This document shows, piece after piece, positions 29,234 to 39,690 of a stretch of 64,000 nt of DNA. Position 1 is the stretch's first letter. Every line of letters starts with the position of its first letter. A program made the position numbers and the translations under genes. A model generated the notes under the pieces. It saw only the letters and a list, made by a program, of their open reading frames with translations, did not search any database and was not told the origin of the DNA. The stretch comes from Acidobacteriota bacterium. GTDB lineage: Bacteria > Acidobacteriota > UBA6911 > RPQK01 > JAJDTT01. Where the stretch lies: contig OZ253580.1 of NCBI GenBank assembly GCA_965263035.1, positions 1,440,001 to 1,504,000 on the forward strand. Reading direction: 5' to 3'.

Positions 29234-30301
29234 ATGTCCTGCGTTTTCCAGATTCCGTTCCTGCTGCTGGCATCCCTGGCCGCCGGATCGGCCTCCGAGA
29301 CGTTGCCGCCGCTCGAGCAGGTCTTCACCCTGTACGAGATGCGCATTTATCGGGCCAAGAACGCCTACAAGTCTCACATGAACCTTTTCCGGAAGGCCCT
29401 GGAGCGGAATTCCAAGCGTCTGGCAGCCTCCGGGAAGGAGTCGGACCTCAGGACCGTCCTGAAGGTGCTGGCAGACATCAGGGCCCTCTCCGAGCATGCT
29501 CTCCGGGAAACCCCCGCCCGCGAGAAGGACGGCCGCTCCAGGGAAGCGAAACGCCTGGAAATACGGGCGAGGCGCATCGTGGAGGCGATGGAGGACCTCA
29601 AGCTCGCCTTACCCTTTGAATACCGGGACGATTTCAACGACTGTATCCGATCTCTGGAAAAGCTGCGCAAGCACCTTCTGGAACAACTCTTTGGCCGGTT
29701 CACCCCGGCGGACACCCGGTCTGCGCCCGGAATCGCTCACGGCCTGCTGCCTTCCAAGCCGGCATCCCCTGCGGTCTTCTTCTCCCAGTCGGCAGACGGT
29801 TTCACCGACGAGGAATACACCAAGATCCAAAGGGCGCAGGAGCTGGACAGGCGAACCCGTGTTTTCCTGAAGATTGCGGAAGATCGTCTGGAGGCGCTGG
29901 AAGAGCGCTGGACCCGACTGACGGGGCAGGAGCCTCCGGTGACCGGGAAGAAGCGGAAGAAAAAAAAGAAAAAGAAGAATAAAAACGGGGAGGACGAGGG
30001 TCCGCTGGCGTTCCATGCCCACTGGGAACTGCTCCATGCCTACGAGCGAGCCATCGACGGCGTCATGATCAACATCGACGAGAAGGCCAACCAGCGGCGG
30101 CTCTCGGGAAAGGAGATCCGGAAGGTCCTGAAGAGGTTCTGCGAGAACGTCCTCGAGTTCGAGCCGCGCCTGGAAACCATGGAGAAGCTGGCGGTCCAGG
30201 TGGACGATGATGACTATTGGCTGACCCTGGAGGAGGCCAAGAAGACCACCGATATCGCCCGCAAAGGATGCCGCCTGGGTCTGGGCGGAGACCTGGAATA
30301 G
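29234..30301 (+). CDS. Hypothetical exported helical protein
   Basis: Signal-like N-terminus, poly-Lys tract, starts 2 bp after the argS stop. Confidence 0.65.
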   Translation: MSCVFQIPFLLLASLAAGSASETLPPLEQVFTLYEMRIYRAKNAYKSHMNLFRKALERNSKRLAASGKESDLRTVLKVLADIRALSEHALRETPAREKDGRSREAKRLEIRARRIVEAMEDLKLALPFEYRDDFNDCIRSLEKLRKHLLEQLFGRFTPADTRSAPGIAHGLLPSKPASPAVFFSQSADGFTDEEYTKIQRAQELDRRTRVFLKIAEDRLEALEERWTRLTGQEPPVTGKKRKKKKKKKNKNGEDEGPLAFHAHWELLHAYERAIDGVMINIDEKANQRRLSGKEIRKVLKRFCENVLEFEPRLETMEKLAVQVDDDDYWLTLEEAKKTTDIARKGCRLGLGGDLE

Positions 30302-30370
30302 CCGGCGGGCGCCCATTGCGTCCCGCGGGACCCGGTTTCGGTCCGTTCCGGGCGCAGTTCAATTCCGGCG

Positions 30371-31012
30371 TCAAAGCTTTGAGTTCGGATGCGGCCGCTC
30401 GATCGCCCGCTTCAGCCACGTGATCCCAGCCAAGCCGGCAGCCCCGCAGCCCGCGATGCGGTTCAGGTCCGACTCCACGACGCCTCCCAGGGCGAATACC
30501 GGAATTTCGACGGAGAGGGCGATGCGCTCCAGGGCCGGGAAACCCAGAGCCGGTGCACGGGACTCTTTGGAGAGCGGATTCAGAACGGGGCTCACCAGCA
30601 CGTAGTCGGCTCCCGCCGCCGCCGCCCGCAGCACGTCGTCACGGCTGTGGGTCGACTTGCCCAGGAGAAACGACGCGTTTCCATACCGCTCGCGGAGTCG
30701 GATGGCGTGGGATAGATCCTGCTTCGAAGTCAGGTGGCTTCCGCCGGCCCCTTCCTGAAGGGCCAGCTCCACATGGGTGTTGATCAGAAACACTTTTCCG
30801 CTTCGGCCCGCCAACTCGACACCGTGCTTTACCCAGGTGCGGCTCTCCGCCGGCGAGAGGTCCTTTTCCCGCCACTGCAGGACGTGCGCCGGACTCCTGA
30901 AGATCCGGCCCAGATACTCCTGCGGCGCCAGACCGGGAAACGCGTCGCGATGTGAGATGCCGTAGAGGTAGGGGGGGCTATGTCTTCGGAAAATATCGCT
31001 GAAAATGGACAA
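30371..31012 (-). CDS. Thiamine phosphate synthase (ThiE/TenI) family protein
   Basis: LQWREKD, GKSTHS, GADYVLVSPV, PVFALGG. Confidence 0.82.
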   Translation of the reverse strand: MSIFSDIFRRHSPPYLYGISHRDAFPGLAPQEYLGRIFRSPAHVLQWREKDLSPAESRTWVKHGVELAGRSGKVFLINTHVELALQEGAGGSHLTSKQDLSHAIRLRERYGNASFLLGKSTHSRDDVLRAAAAGADYVLVSPVLNPLSKESRAPALGFPALERIALSVEIPVFALGGVVESDLNRIAGCGAAGLAGITWLKRAIERPHPNSKL

Positions 31013-31220
31013 TTTCCCACGTCCCCAAAATCAGGTTGGCCAGCCCCAGACCGGAGACTGCGCCACGTACGAAGTTGTTGAGCATGATCAGCCGGAGCCA
31101 GGGGTAGATATCCAGCAGCGAATTCTGGCCCCACTGATCCCACCAGGGAAACAGGAGCAGAAAGATCCCGACCTCGAAACAGTAGAGCACGTAGAGACCG
31201 AACAGGACCTTCTGAATCAT
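30978..31220 (-). CDS. Small membrane protein
   Basis: Two hydrophobic helices (YCFEVGIFLLLFPW; VRGAVSGLG). Confidence 0.6.
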   Translation of the reverse strand: MIQKVLFGLYVLYCFEVGIFLLLFPWWDQWGQNSLLDIYPWLRLIMLNNFVRGAVSGLGLANLILGTWEIVHFQRYFPKT

Positions 31221-31426
31221 GAACCGCCGTTTGACACCGACTGCGGAATGCCCGCGAGAATTGCCGACAGTCCGTGGCCAAGGTCTCGTTCAGCACCGAA
31301 CCCGGCGGCGCGCTCCCCGCACCGGGTGCGATGGACGATCCTGCCAAGCCTAATTTGCCGAGGAGCAACGCCGTCCACGGGAATTTCGCGCCGGGGGGAG
31401 GCCGAGACGAGTCCTGCCACGGGCGG

Positions 31427-31768
31427 TCAGCGTTTCTCCCGGATCCTGGCCTTCTTGCCCTTGCGCTCGCGCAGATAGTAGAGCTTGGCTCGCCGGACTC
31501 GTCCTCTGCGCAATACCTGCACGCCCTCGATCAACGGAGAGTGGAAGGGGAAAATGCGCTCCACGCCGTAGCCGAACGAGATCCTGCGAACCGTGAAGGT
31601 GGAGCCCAGGCCCCGCCTGCGAATCGCGATGACGACTCCCTCGAAGGGCTGCACGCGAATCTTGTTGCCTTCCCTGATCTTGAAGTTGACCCGCACCGTA
31701 TCTCCGGGCCCGAAATCAGGGATCCCATCCCTCAACTGCGGCTGTTCGACCAGTTGTATCAGATTCAT
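31427..31768 (-). CDS. rplS: 50S ribosomal protein L19
   Basis: [22 protein letters not shown]. Confidence 0.97.
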   Translation of the reverse strand: MNLIQLVEQPQLRDGIPDFGPGDTVRVNFKIREGNKIRVQPFEGVVIAIRRRGLGSTFTVRRISFGYGVERIFPFHSPLIEGVQVLRRGRVRRAKLYYLRERKGKKARIREKR

Positions 31769-31778
31769 GACTCCACCC

Positions 31779-32483
31779 TTATCCTTTCGGCCTGCCGGAA
31801 CTCAATCCGGACACGAGCAAATCGGGCCTGCGATCCCGAGTACGTCTCAGAGCCTGCTCCTGCCGCCAGGAACGTATCTCCGCATGGTTCCCCGACAGCA
31901 GGACGTCGGGGACCGGCCGATCCCGGTATGTGGCCGGCCGCGTGTACTGAGGATAGTCCAACAAGCCGGTGGCAAACGACTCCTGCTCCAACGAAGCCGG
32001 CTTGCCCACCACGCCCGGGATCAGTCGCACGATAGCGTCCACCATCAGCAGGGCCGGGAGTTCGCCTCCCGTGACCACGAAGTCCCCCATCGAGATCTCC
32101 TCGTCCACCAACTCATCCAACGCTCTCTGATCCACCCCCTCGTAACGCCCGCAAATGAACGTCAGATGGGATTTCCGGGACAACTCCAACGCCTTCTCCT
32201 GCGTGAACCGGCTTCCTTGCGGACTCGGATAGACGACCCAGGGTCTGCCCTGGCCCTGGCGGCACCGTTCCACCGCGCGGAACAGGGGTTCGGGTTTGAG
32301 CACCATGCCCGCTCCGCCTCCGTAGGGCCGATCGTCCACCGTCCGGTGCCTGTCCGTCGTAAATTCCCTGAGATCGACCAACTCCAAGCGTAACAACCCC
32401 TTTCGGATCGCCTGGTGCAGGATACCGTAATCGAAAAACCCCTGACACATCCCAGGGAAAATGGTGATGACGTCTACCTGCAT
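31779..32483 (-). CDS. trmD: tRNA (guanine37-N1)-methyltransferase
   Basis: [28 protein letters not shown]; start MQVDVITIF at 32483. Confidence 0.96.
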   Translation of the reverse strand: MQVDVITIFPGMCQGFFDYGILHQAIRKGLLRLELVDLREFTTDRHRTVDDRPYGGGAGMVLKPEPLFRAVERCRQGQGRPWVVYPSPQGSRFTQEKALELSRKSHLTFICGRYEGVDQRALDELVDEEISMGDFVVTGGELPALLMVDAIVRLIPGVVGKPASLEQESFATGLLDYPQYTRPATYRDRPVPDVLLSGNHAEIRSWRQEQALRRTRDRRPDLLVSGLSSGRPKG

Positions 32484-32546
32484 TTCAGAAGGAACTCCTG
32501 CAAACCGTCCCGGTGGTCCGCAGTCTATTGCGCGACGAGTTTCCAG

Positions 32547-32705
32547 GAGCCTGCGCCGCAGAAATTGATCTACTGCGAAAGCGGTAGAATCGGTCCATAT
32601 TTCCCCGATTTCTCGGCGAATAGAACAACTATGCACCTCAAAATCGAGAAAATCCGGCCTCGATTCCCCACTTTCTCGCTACGATCATTTCTACCGCGCA
32701 GACTC
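32547..32705 (+). mobile_element. 159-bp MITE-like element, copy 2
   Basis: Near-identical to 3045-3203; abuts the rimM stop (CTAG at 32706-32709). Confidence 0.85.
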
Positions 32706-33221
32706 CTAGCTCGAAGGAGCCAATCCCGGGGGAAGATCCACCTGGATGACCCCTCGGTCCAGATCCACATCCCGAACGAATTCCCGTACCAAGGGGATCA
32801 TCAGTTCCCGATCGTTCCCGTCCCGGATCACCAGATTCACGCCTTCGGCTCCGGTACGAAACAATTCGAGGACCACCCCCAGATTGCGCCCTTTCTGCTC
32901 GACTCTCAAACCCAGGAGATCAGACTCGTAGAACGCGCCTTCCGGGAGCGGCATGCGCTCCTCCAAGGGGATCTGGATCTCCCCCCCGATCAACTCCCGG
33001 ACCTGTTCGGGTCGTTCCCGGCCCCGAAATCTGAGCAGCACGCGACCCTTGTGAAAACGAGCAGACTCGATGACCTCCTGGTACTGCACGTCGGGAAGGG
33101 CCACCCGGACCCCGGTCGCGGAGGAGAATCGCTCCGGGAAGTCCGTCAGGATCTCCGCGGAAACCTCACCCCGGATTCCCCTCGCCTTGACGATGAGGGC
33201 TATGGCGATGAATTGACTCAA
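32706..33221 (-). CDS. rimM: Ribosome maturation factor RimM
   Basis: GIRGEV, TDFPERF, FYESDLLG, MIPLV; conserved operon position. Confidence 0.94.
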   Translation of the reverse strand: MSQFIAIALIVKARGIRGEVSAEILTDFPERFSSATGVRVALPDVQYQEVIESARFHKGRVLLRFRGRERPEQVRELIGGEIQIPLEERMPLPEGAFYESDLLGLRVEQKGRNLGVVLELFRTGAEGVNLVIRDGNDRELMIPLVREFVRDVDLDRGVIQVDLPPGLAPSS

Positions 33222-33452
33222 CTACTCAAGGATTTCCAGGACGAACCTCTTGCGCAGCTTCATCCCGGCCGCACCCAACAGCGTACGAATGGCCCGGACG
33301 GTTCGTCCTTGCCTGCCGATGACTCTGCCGAGATCATGCTGCGCGACCCTCAGTTCAAGCACGATGGTCTGTTCCCCCATCACCTCGGTCACTCGAACTT
33401 CTTCCGGATCGTCGACCAGCGTCTTCGCGATCATCTCGACAAGCTCTCTCAT
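33222..33452 (-). CDS. khpA: KH-domain RNA-binding protein
   Basis: [17 protein letters not shown]; lies between rpsP and rimM. Confidence 0.92.
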   Translation of the reverse strand: MRELVEMIAKTLVDDPEEVRVTEVMGEQTIVLELRVAQHDLGRVIGRQGRTVRAIRTLLGAAGMKLRKRFVLEILE

Positions 33453-33538
33453 AGTTGCCTCCTGGCCGCGGGACCGAGAGCCCGTGGCTGGATGCCGCTA
33501 CGGCATACGCACCAAGCTGCTCGGTAACTTCACCTGCC

Positions 33539-33787
33539 TCATGGCTGCTCTTGCTGCCGCACCCTGCTGATCAGGCTGTTGACCCTACCCGAAGGCTGAG
33601 CACCCAGTTGCATCCAGTGGTCGATTCGCTCCAGATTCAGGTGGAGGCGAACCGGTTTGAGAGCCGGATTGTAATACCCCAAGATTTCAATAAAGCGCCC
33701 ATCCCTGGGCTTGGTGCGCTCCGCCACGACCACCCGATAATGGGGATCCTTCTTGGCACCGTGTCGACTTAAACGTATTCTCAGCAA
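33539..33787 (-). CDS. rpsP: 30S ribosomal protein S16
   Basis: LRIRLSR, RDGRFIEILGYYNP, GAQPS. Confidence 0.97.
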   Translation of the reverse strand: MLRIRLSRHGAKKDPHYRVVVAERTKPRDGRFIEILGYYNPALKPVRLHLNLERIDHWMQLGAQPSGRVNSLISRVRQQEQP

Positions 33788-33830
33788 TGGAATACCTCCA
33801 ACAAAACCCGCATTTTATCAAAAAGAGACG

Positions 33831-35162
33831 TTAGACGGGGAAGTTGATGCGACCCCGCGAACGGCCCGGAAAACCTCGCTTCATCCGCTTCATCATGGTT
33901 CGAGTCTGCAGATACTGTTTGAGGAGGCGGTTGACGTCGGACACCGTCCGGCCGCTGCCGCGGGCGATCCGGCGGCGGCGGGAACCCTTGATGATCCTGG
34001 GGTTGGCCCGCTCCAAGGGAGTCATGGAGTTGATGATGGCCTCCATGGCGTCCAGTTGCTTTTCTTCGACCTGGACCTGGCCCATCCCCTTGAACAGTCC
34101 TCCCTGCGGGAGCATGCCCAGAATCTGTTCCAGCGGTCCGAGCTTGCGAAGCTGCCGCAATTGGGACCCGAAGTCGTCCAGGGTGAACTCATCCCTTTGG
34201 ATCTTCTCCAGAATCTTCTGGCTGTCTTGCGGGGTCACCGCCGCTTGGGCCTTCTCGATGAGGCGGAGGACGTCCCCCTGGCCCAGTATCCGGCCGGCCA
34301 TCCGCTCCGGATGAAAGGTTTCGAAGGCGCCGTAGTCCTCACCGGTACCGATGAACTTGATGGGCTTACCCGTGACGGTTCGGATCGAGAGAGCCGCCCC
34401 GCCGCGGGCGTCCCCATCCATCTTGGTGAGGACTACACCGGAAAGATCGAGCCGGTCTCCAAAGCTCTTGGCCGAGCGGACGGCATCCTGACCCGTCATG
34501 GCATCGGCCACCAGAAGAATTTCGTGCGCCCCTACCCCGGCCACGATCTCCTGCAATTCGGTCATGAGCTCGTCATCCAGGTGAAGACGCCCCGCCGTGT
34601 CGACGAGCAACGGGTCGAATCCCATATTTGCGGCCCGCTTCCGGGCCGTTTGCGCCCGGCGGACCGGGTCTCGGGTCGGGGGGTCCTCCACCTCGATCCC
34701 AATGGCCGATCCCACCACCGAGAGTTGATGGATAGCCGCGGGGCGGCGGACATCCGTCGACACCATCAGGGGCCGTCCGCCCTTGGCCTCGAGCCATCGC
34801 GCCAGTTTACCCGTCGTGGTCGTCTTGCCGCTTCCCTGCAGACCGACCAGAACGATAACCGTCGGCCTTCGAGTGCCCTTGGCCAACTCTGCCGCCTCCG
34901 ATCCAAGGAGCCGCGTGAGCTCCTCGTTGACGATCTTCACGACCTGGTGGCCCGGGGTGAGACTGCGCATCACTTCCTGTCCCAAGGCCTTTTCCCTGAT
35001 GCCGGAGACGAACGACTTGACCACGCCGAAATGGACGTCGGCCTCCAGCAAGGCGATGCGGATCTGGCGCAGAGAGGCATTCAGGTGCGCCTTGGAGACG
35101 CGCCCCTCCCCCTTGATGTCCCTCAGAATCTTCTGAAGCCGGGAGGAAAGGTTCTCGAACAT
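33831..35162 (-). CDS. ffh: Signal recognition particle protein
   Basis: GLQGSGKTT, DTAGR, TKMDGDARGG, M domain. Confidence 0.97.
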   Translation of the reverse strand: MFENLSSRLQKILRDIKGEGRVSKAHLNASLRQIRIALLEADVHFGVVKSFVSGIREKALGQEVMRSLTPGHQVVKIVNEELTRLLGSEAAELAKGTRRPTVIVLVGLQGSGKTTTTGKLARWLEAKGGRPLMVSTDVRRPAAIHQLSVVGSAIGIEVEDPPTRDPVRRAQTARKRAANMGFDPLLVDTAGRLHLDDELMTELQEIVAGVGAHEILLVADAMTGQDAVRSAKSFGDRLDLSGVVLTKMDGDARGGAALSIRTVTGKPIKFIGTGEDYGAFETFHPERMAGRILGQGDVLRLIEKAQAAVTPQDSQKILEKIQRDEFTLDDFGSQLRQLRKLGPLEQILGMLPQGGLFKGMGQVQVEEKQLDAMEAIINSMTPLERANPRIIKGSRRRRIARGSGRTVSDVNRLLKQYLQTRTMMKRMKRGFPGRSRGRINFPV

Positions 35163-35260
35163 GTCGTCAGCCTCGAACGGTCGGCATCATTCTATCGTGC
35201 CTGTCAAAACGAGGCCGGCCCCGGCCGAATGCCGGCGCGCCTGGCGGTCCAACTTGCAAG

Positions 35261-35419
35261 GAGTCTGCGCGGTAGAAATGATCGTAGCGAGAAAGTGGGG
35301 AATCGAGGCCGGATTTTCTCGATTTGGAGGTGCATAGTTGTTCTATTCGCCGAGAAATCGGGGAAATATGGACCGATTCTATCGCTTTCGCAGTAGATCA
35401 ATTTCTGCGGCGCAGGCTC
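35261..35419 (-). mobile_element. 159-bp MITE-like element, copy 3 (inverted)
   Basis: Reverse complement of copies 1 and 2, between divergent ffh and selB. Confidence 0.85.
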
Positions 35420-35452
35420 CTGGTCTGTTGGACGAAATTGGAGTCGCCGGGC

Positions 35453-37378
35453 ATGAGAGACTTTCTGGTCGGAACCGCCGGACATATCGATCACGGCAAG
35501 ACCACCCTCCTGAAAGCCCTGACCGGTATCGACGCCGACCGTCTGGAAGAAGAAAAGCGCCGCGGGATCACCATCGACATCGGCTTCGCCCACATGTCCC
35601 TGGGTTCCTGCCGCATCGGGTTCGTCGACGTGCCGGGGCACGAAAAGCTGGTCAAGAACATGCTCGCCGGCATCGGTGGGATCGACCTGGCACTGCTCAT
35701 CGTCGCCGCCGACGAATCGATCATGCCGCAGACGCTGGAGCACTTCCACATCTGCCGGCTCCTGGACATTCCTGGAGGAATCGTCGCCCTCACCAAGTGC
35801 GATTCGGTGGAACCGGAACTTCTGAACCTGGTTCGGGAGGAGATTCGAGTGCTGACGCGGGGCAGCTTCCTCGAGAACGGTCCCGTCATCGCCGTGGACA
35901 GCATCACGGGAAACGGCCTGGGGCTCCTCAAGCGGGCGTTGATCGAGCAGGCCGGCGAATCGGATCGAAACCGTGGTTCCCGGCAAGAAAGAGTGTTCCG
36001 TTTGCCGGTGGACCGGGTCTTCACCAAGCGAGGATTCGGGACCGTGGTGACCGGCACCCTGAGCTCGGGAACCATCCGGAAGGAAGACGCCGTTGCCGTC
36101 TATCCTTCCGGCGAGAGGGGCAAGATCCGGCGCATCGAGATCTTCAACCGGGAGGCCGCCGAGGCCGTGGCAGGACAGCGGACCGCGTTGAACCTCTTGG
36201 GCCTGGGCAAGGACGACCTGAAACGAGGGATGGTCCTTTCCCGACCCGGAGGTCTTCGGCCAACTCGTTCTCTGGACGCCTCGATCAAGGTACTGAAGGA
36301 CGCTCCGCGACCGCTGAAAAGAAGATCTCCAGTCCGATTTCACCACGGAAGTGGACAGTGGCAGGGCCATGTGTATCCACTGGAAGGGAAGGCGGTAGCG
36401 CCCGGCCAGCGTGCAATGGCTCAGATACGGCTGGAGCAGCCGGCCATGTGCTGGATTGGAGACCGATTCATTCTCAGGATGGACTCACCACCCGTCACCG
36501 TCGGAGGCGGAGTCGTGTTGGACGACGTCCCGCCCAGACACCGGGCCCGGAATCTCCCCGGGGAACTGTTGGTATTGAAGGCGCTTCATTCGGGACTGGA
36601 AGCGGGCAAGCGCGACCCGGACCGGATCCGGATCGAGTTCCTGGTTCGATCCAAAGGAAAACTCGGGATTGACGTCGAAGAGTTGGCCGCCCGGACCGGC
36701 TCGCCGCCGAGGCAACTGCTGGGACACCTGCAGCAGCTTCCGGAAATCGAGCTGGTGCCCCAGGAGCCGCCTCTGGCTGTGACGCGGCCAGCCCTCCGAA
36801 ATCTGGAATCATCGATGCTCTCCTACCTGGACGAGTTCCACTCTCGAAACCCGCTGGCCGCGGGCGTTTCCAGGGAGGAGCTTCGGAACCGTTTCCTGAA
36901 TTCCGCCCGCATCGACTACTTCCATTTCCTGCTCTGGCGACTGGAGCAACGCGACCTGATCCGCGTCGACCGCTCAATCGTCATGCGGCGAGGCTGGGAA
37001 CCCCGTCTGAACCAGGCTCAGGAGGCAGTGCGACAGTCCATTCTGGGTGCTCTCCGGAAAAGCTTTCCCCGGCCTCCGACCCTCACGGAGCTGAGGCGCC
37101 GGCTGCACCACTCGCCGTCCCGGACCGAAGAGGTCTACTTTTTCCTGATCCAACAAGGCGACCTTGTCCGGATCGGCGGGGAATTGGTCTTGACCTCATC
37201 TCAAGTCGACCGTCTCAAGAACGAGTTCCAGATCAAATTCTCTCCCGGACAGTCGTTTTCGGTCCCCGAGTTCAAGGACTCCCTCGGGATCAGCCGGAAG
37301 TACGCCATTCCGTTTCTCGAGTACCTGGATCGAGAGGGAATCACCCGGCGCCAGGGAGACGGGCGGGTGGTCCTTTGA
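35453..37378 (+). CDS. selB: Selenocysteine-specific elongation factor
   Basis: [26 protein letters not shown]; C-terminal winged helix [13 protein letters not shown]. Confidence 0.95.
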   Translation: MRDFLVGTAGHIDHGKTTLLKALTGIDADRLEEEKRRGITIDIGFAHMSLGSCRIGFVDVPGHEKLVKNMLAGIGGIDLALLIVAADESIMPQTLEHFHICRLLDIPGGIVALTKCDSVEPELLNLVREEIRVLTRGSFLENGPVIAVDSITGNGLGLLKRALIEQAGESDRNRGSRQERVFRLPVDRVFTKRGFGTVVTGTLSSGTIRKEDAVAVYPSGERGKIRRIEIFNREAAEAVAGQRTALNLLGLGKDDLKRGMVLSRPGGLRPTRSLDASIKVLKDAPRPLKRRSPVRFHHGSGQWQGHVYPLEGKAVAPGQRAMAQIRLEQPAMCWIGDRFILRMDSPPVTVGGGVVLDDVPPRHRARNLPGELLVLKALHSGLEAGKRDPDRIRIEFLVRSKGKLGIDVEELAARTGSPPRQLLGHLQQLPEIELVPQEPPLAVTRPALRNLESSMLSYLDEFHSRNPLAAGVSREELRNRFLNSARIDYFHFLLWRLEQRDLIRVDRSIVMRRGWEPRLNQAQEAVRQSILGALRKSFPRPPTLTELRRRLHHSPSRTEEVYFFLIQQGDLVRIGGELVLTSSQVDRLKNEFQIKFSPGQSFSVPEFKDSLGISRKYAIPFLEYLDREGITRRQGDGRVVL

Positions 37379-37433
37379 GACTCGGAGCAATTTTTCCCGG
37401 GGTGAAGACCTGACAACCACAAGGGAGAATCCG

Positions 37434-38120
37434 ATGAGAAAGACGGCGAAACGAATCGCCTTGATCAGCGCGGTAGTGTCATTCAGCGTGGCGGGCGGGA
37501 CCTCGATCCTTGCACAGTCCACCTATGTAGTCACGATCCAGAACCTGACGCGGAACCAGATCATCACTCCTCCGGTGGTCGTGATTCACAATTCATCAAC
37601 TTCTCTCTTTTCGATTGGAGAGGAGGCCAGCCCCGAATTGTCGGCTCTGGCAGAGGACGGTGACCCGGTGCCATTGCTGGAAACGCTGATGACCATGCCG
37701 GGAGTCCACGATTCCGCCGTCGGCTACGGGATCATACCTCCGTCCCAGTCCACGACGGCGACGGTGACGAGTTCATACCGTTACAGGTTTCTCTCGGTGG
37801 TCGGAAAACTGGCGACGACCAACGACTCTTTCTTTGCCGTCGGCGGGGTACAGATTCCGTTGCCCCCCAGCCTGTTTTTCTACCCCCCCCGTTCCAAGAC
37901 CGTAGATGCTCCCGCTTACGATGCGGGAAGCGAGGCCAACTCCGAATTGTGCGAATTCATACCGGGTCCTCCCTGTGCGAGCCACTTCGTCCATGATCCG
38001 GCCGAAGCCGAGGGCTTCATTCACATCGGGAACGGGATTCAGGGTATTGGGGACATCAATGCAGCCGAGTCCGACTGGCGCAATCCCGTCGCCCGAGTGA
38101 CGATTACCCGCGTCGATTGA
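37434..38120 (+). CDS. Secreted spondin_N-domain protein
   Basis: Signal peptide; ALAEDGD, LATTNDSF, AYDAGSEAN motifs. Confidence 0.8.
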   Translation: MRKTAKRIALISAVVSFSVAGGTSILAQSTYVVTIQNLTRNQIITPPVVVIHNSSTSLFSIGEEASPELSALAEDGDPVPLLETLMTMPGVHDSAVGYGIIPPSQSTTATVTSSYRYRFLSVVGKLATTNDSFFAVGGVQIPLPPSLFFYPPRSKTVDAPAYDAGSEANSELCEFIPGPPCASHFVHDPAEAEGFIHIGNGIQGIGDINAAESDWRNPVARVTITRVD

Positions 38121-38196
38121 ACCTCTACGCTCTCCAGGATAGCCTGGACTCCAAAAACGGGGGCCGCGAGTCTCCTCAATCACCGGAGGACAGGGC

Positions 38197-39678
38197 ATGA
38201 GGACGAACAGGTTGGTCGCAGTGGCGTTCGCGCTGGGACTCTCGCTGGCGGAAGTTTGGCCCGCCGAGCAGAACGAACCCGAAAAGCCGGTCAATATCGG
38301 TTCCCGCCTGGAGCTGTTCGTCGACGACTTTCTCATCGAATCGATGGACGGGCTGGAACTTCGACTCCAGAGCCCCCGGTCCGCCGGCAAGGTCATAATC
38401 TTCGACCAGCCGTGGGAAGGCACCACCAGCCTCTACCACACCGTCTTCAAGGACGGAGACGGCTTTCGTCTCTACTACCGGGGCAGCAGCCACCAGGAGT
38501 ACGTCGACAAGTCGCAATTGCGTCCCGAAGAGGAGATCGTCCCCGTCCACGAATCCGTCACCTGCCTGCTGGAGAGCCGGGATGGGATCGAGTGGACTCG
38601 GCCCTCTCTGGGCCTGGTCGAGTTCCAGGGCTCCACCGACAACAACATCGTCTGGAAAGGAATGGCTTCCTGCTGTTTCGCTCCTTTCAAGGACTCCAAT
38701 CCGGATGCTCCCGCCGAGGAACGGTACAAGGCGTTGGGCAATGCGGGCTCGGGATGGCCCAATCACGTCCTGAAGGCGTTCGTCTCTGACGACGGCAAGC
38801 GCTGGCGCCTGGCCAGCGACGAGGCGGCCATCTCCGACGGCAAATTCGACTCCCTGAACGTTCCCTTCTGGGACCCGGTTCGAAGCCAATACGCGGCCGT
38901 CTACCGGGACTCCGACGGAGTGCGCAGCGTCAAGTACGCGACCTCCAAGGACTTTCGAAACTGGACGCCCGGAACCTGGGCCGACTACGGCGGCACTCCC
39001 CGCGAGCATCTCTACACCAACGGCACCCACCCCTATTTCCGGGCGCCGCACATTTTTATCGCGCTTCCCAAGAGGTTCGTCCCCTGGAGGACCTACCACC
39101 CCACTATTTCCATCGCAGGAGTCTCGGAGGCGGTCTTCATGAGCAGCCGGGACGGCGTGCATTGGGACCGGCGCTTCATGGAGGCGTTCATCCGCCCGGG
39201 CCGGGATCCCCGGAACTGGGTTCACCGTTCCAACATGCCCTCCGCCGGCGTGGTCCCCACCTCGGACGACGAGATGTCGCTCTACGTGGCGCGCCACTAC
39301 ACCTTTCCCAGCGCCCACCTGGAACGGATGGTGCTGAGGACCGACGGCTTCGTCTCCATCCACGCCGGCTATGGGGAAGGTGAATGGGTCAGTCGTCCAC
39401 TGCTCTTCGAGGGCGGCAATCTGGTCCTGAACTTTGCCACCTCCGCGGCCGGCGGCATCCGTCTGGAGGTGCAGGACGCGGCGGGCCGTCCTCTCCCCGG
39501 GTTCGCCCTGGAGGAGTCCCCCCTGATCTGGGGAGATGAGATCGAGCACACGGTGAGGTGGGAACGGAGTCACCTCCAGGCGGTCTCGGAGAAACCCCTG
39601 AGCCGGATTGCCGGCAAGCCGGTTCGACTCAGGTTCGTCATGAAGGACGCGGACCTCTACTCTCTCAGATTCAGGTAG
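38197..39678 (+). CDS. Secreted glycoside hydrolase-like beta-propeller protein
   Basis: Signal peptide; ELFVDDFLI, SRDGIEW, SRDGVHW, LRTDGFVS, DLYSLRF. Confidence 0.7.
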   Translation: MRTNRLVAVAFALGLSLAEVWPAEQNEPEKPVNIGSRLELFVDDFLIESMDGLELRLQSPRSAGKVIIFDQPWEGTTSLYHTVFKDGDGFRLYYRGSSHQEYVDKSQLRPEEEIVPVHESVTCLLESRDGIEWTRPSLGLVEFQGSTDNNIVWKGMASCCFAPFKDSNPDAPAEERYKALGNAGSGWPNHVLKAFVSDDGKRWRLASDEAAISDGKFDSLNVPFWDPVRSQYAAVYRDSDGVRSVKYATSKDFRNWTPGTWADYGGTPREHLYTNGTHPYFRAPHIFIALPKRFVPWRTYHPTISIAGVSEAVFMSSRDGVHWDRRFMEAFIRPGRDPRNWVHRSNMPSAGVVPTSDDEMSLYVARHYTFPSAHLERMVLRTDGFVSIHAGYGEGEWVSRPLLFEGGNLVLNFATSAAGGIRLEVQDAAGRPLPGFALEESPLIWGDEIEHTVRWERSHLQAVSEKPLSRIAGKPVRLRFVMKDADLYSLRFR

Positions 39679-39690
39679 CTGGAGTTCAGC

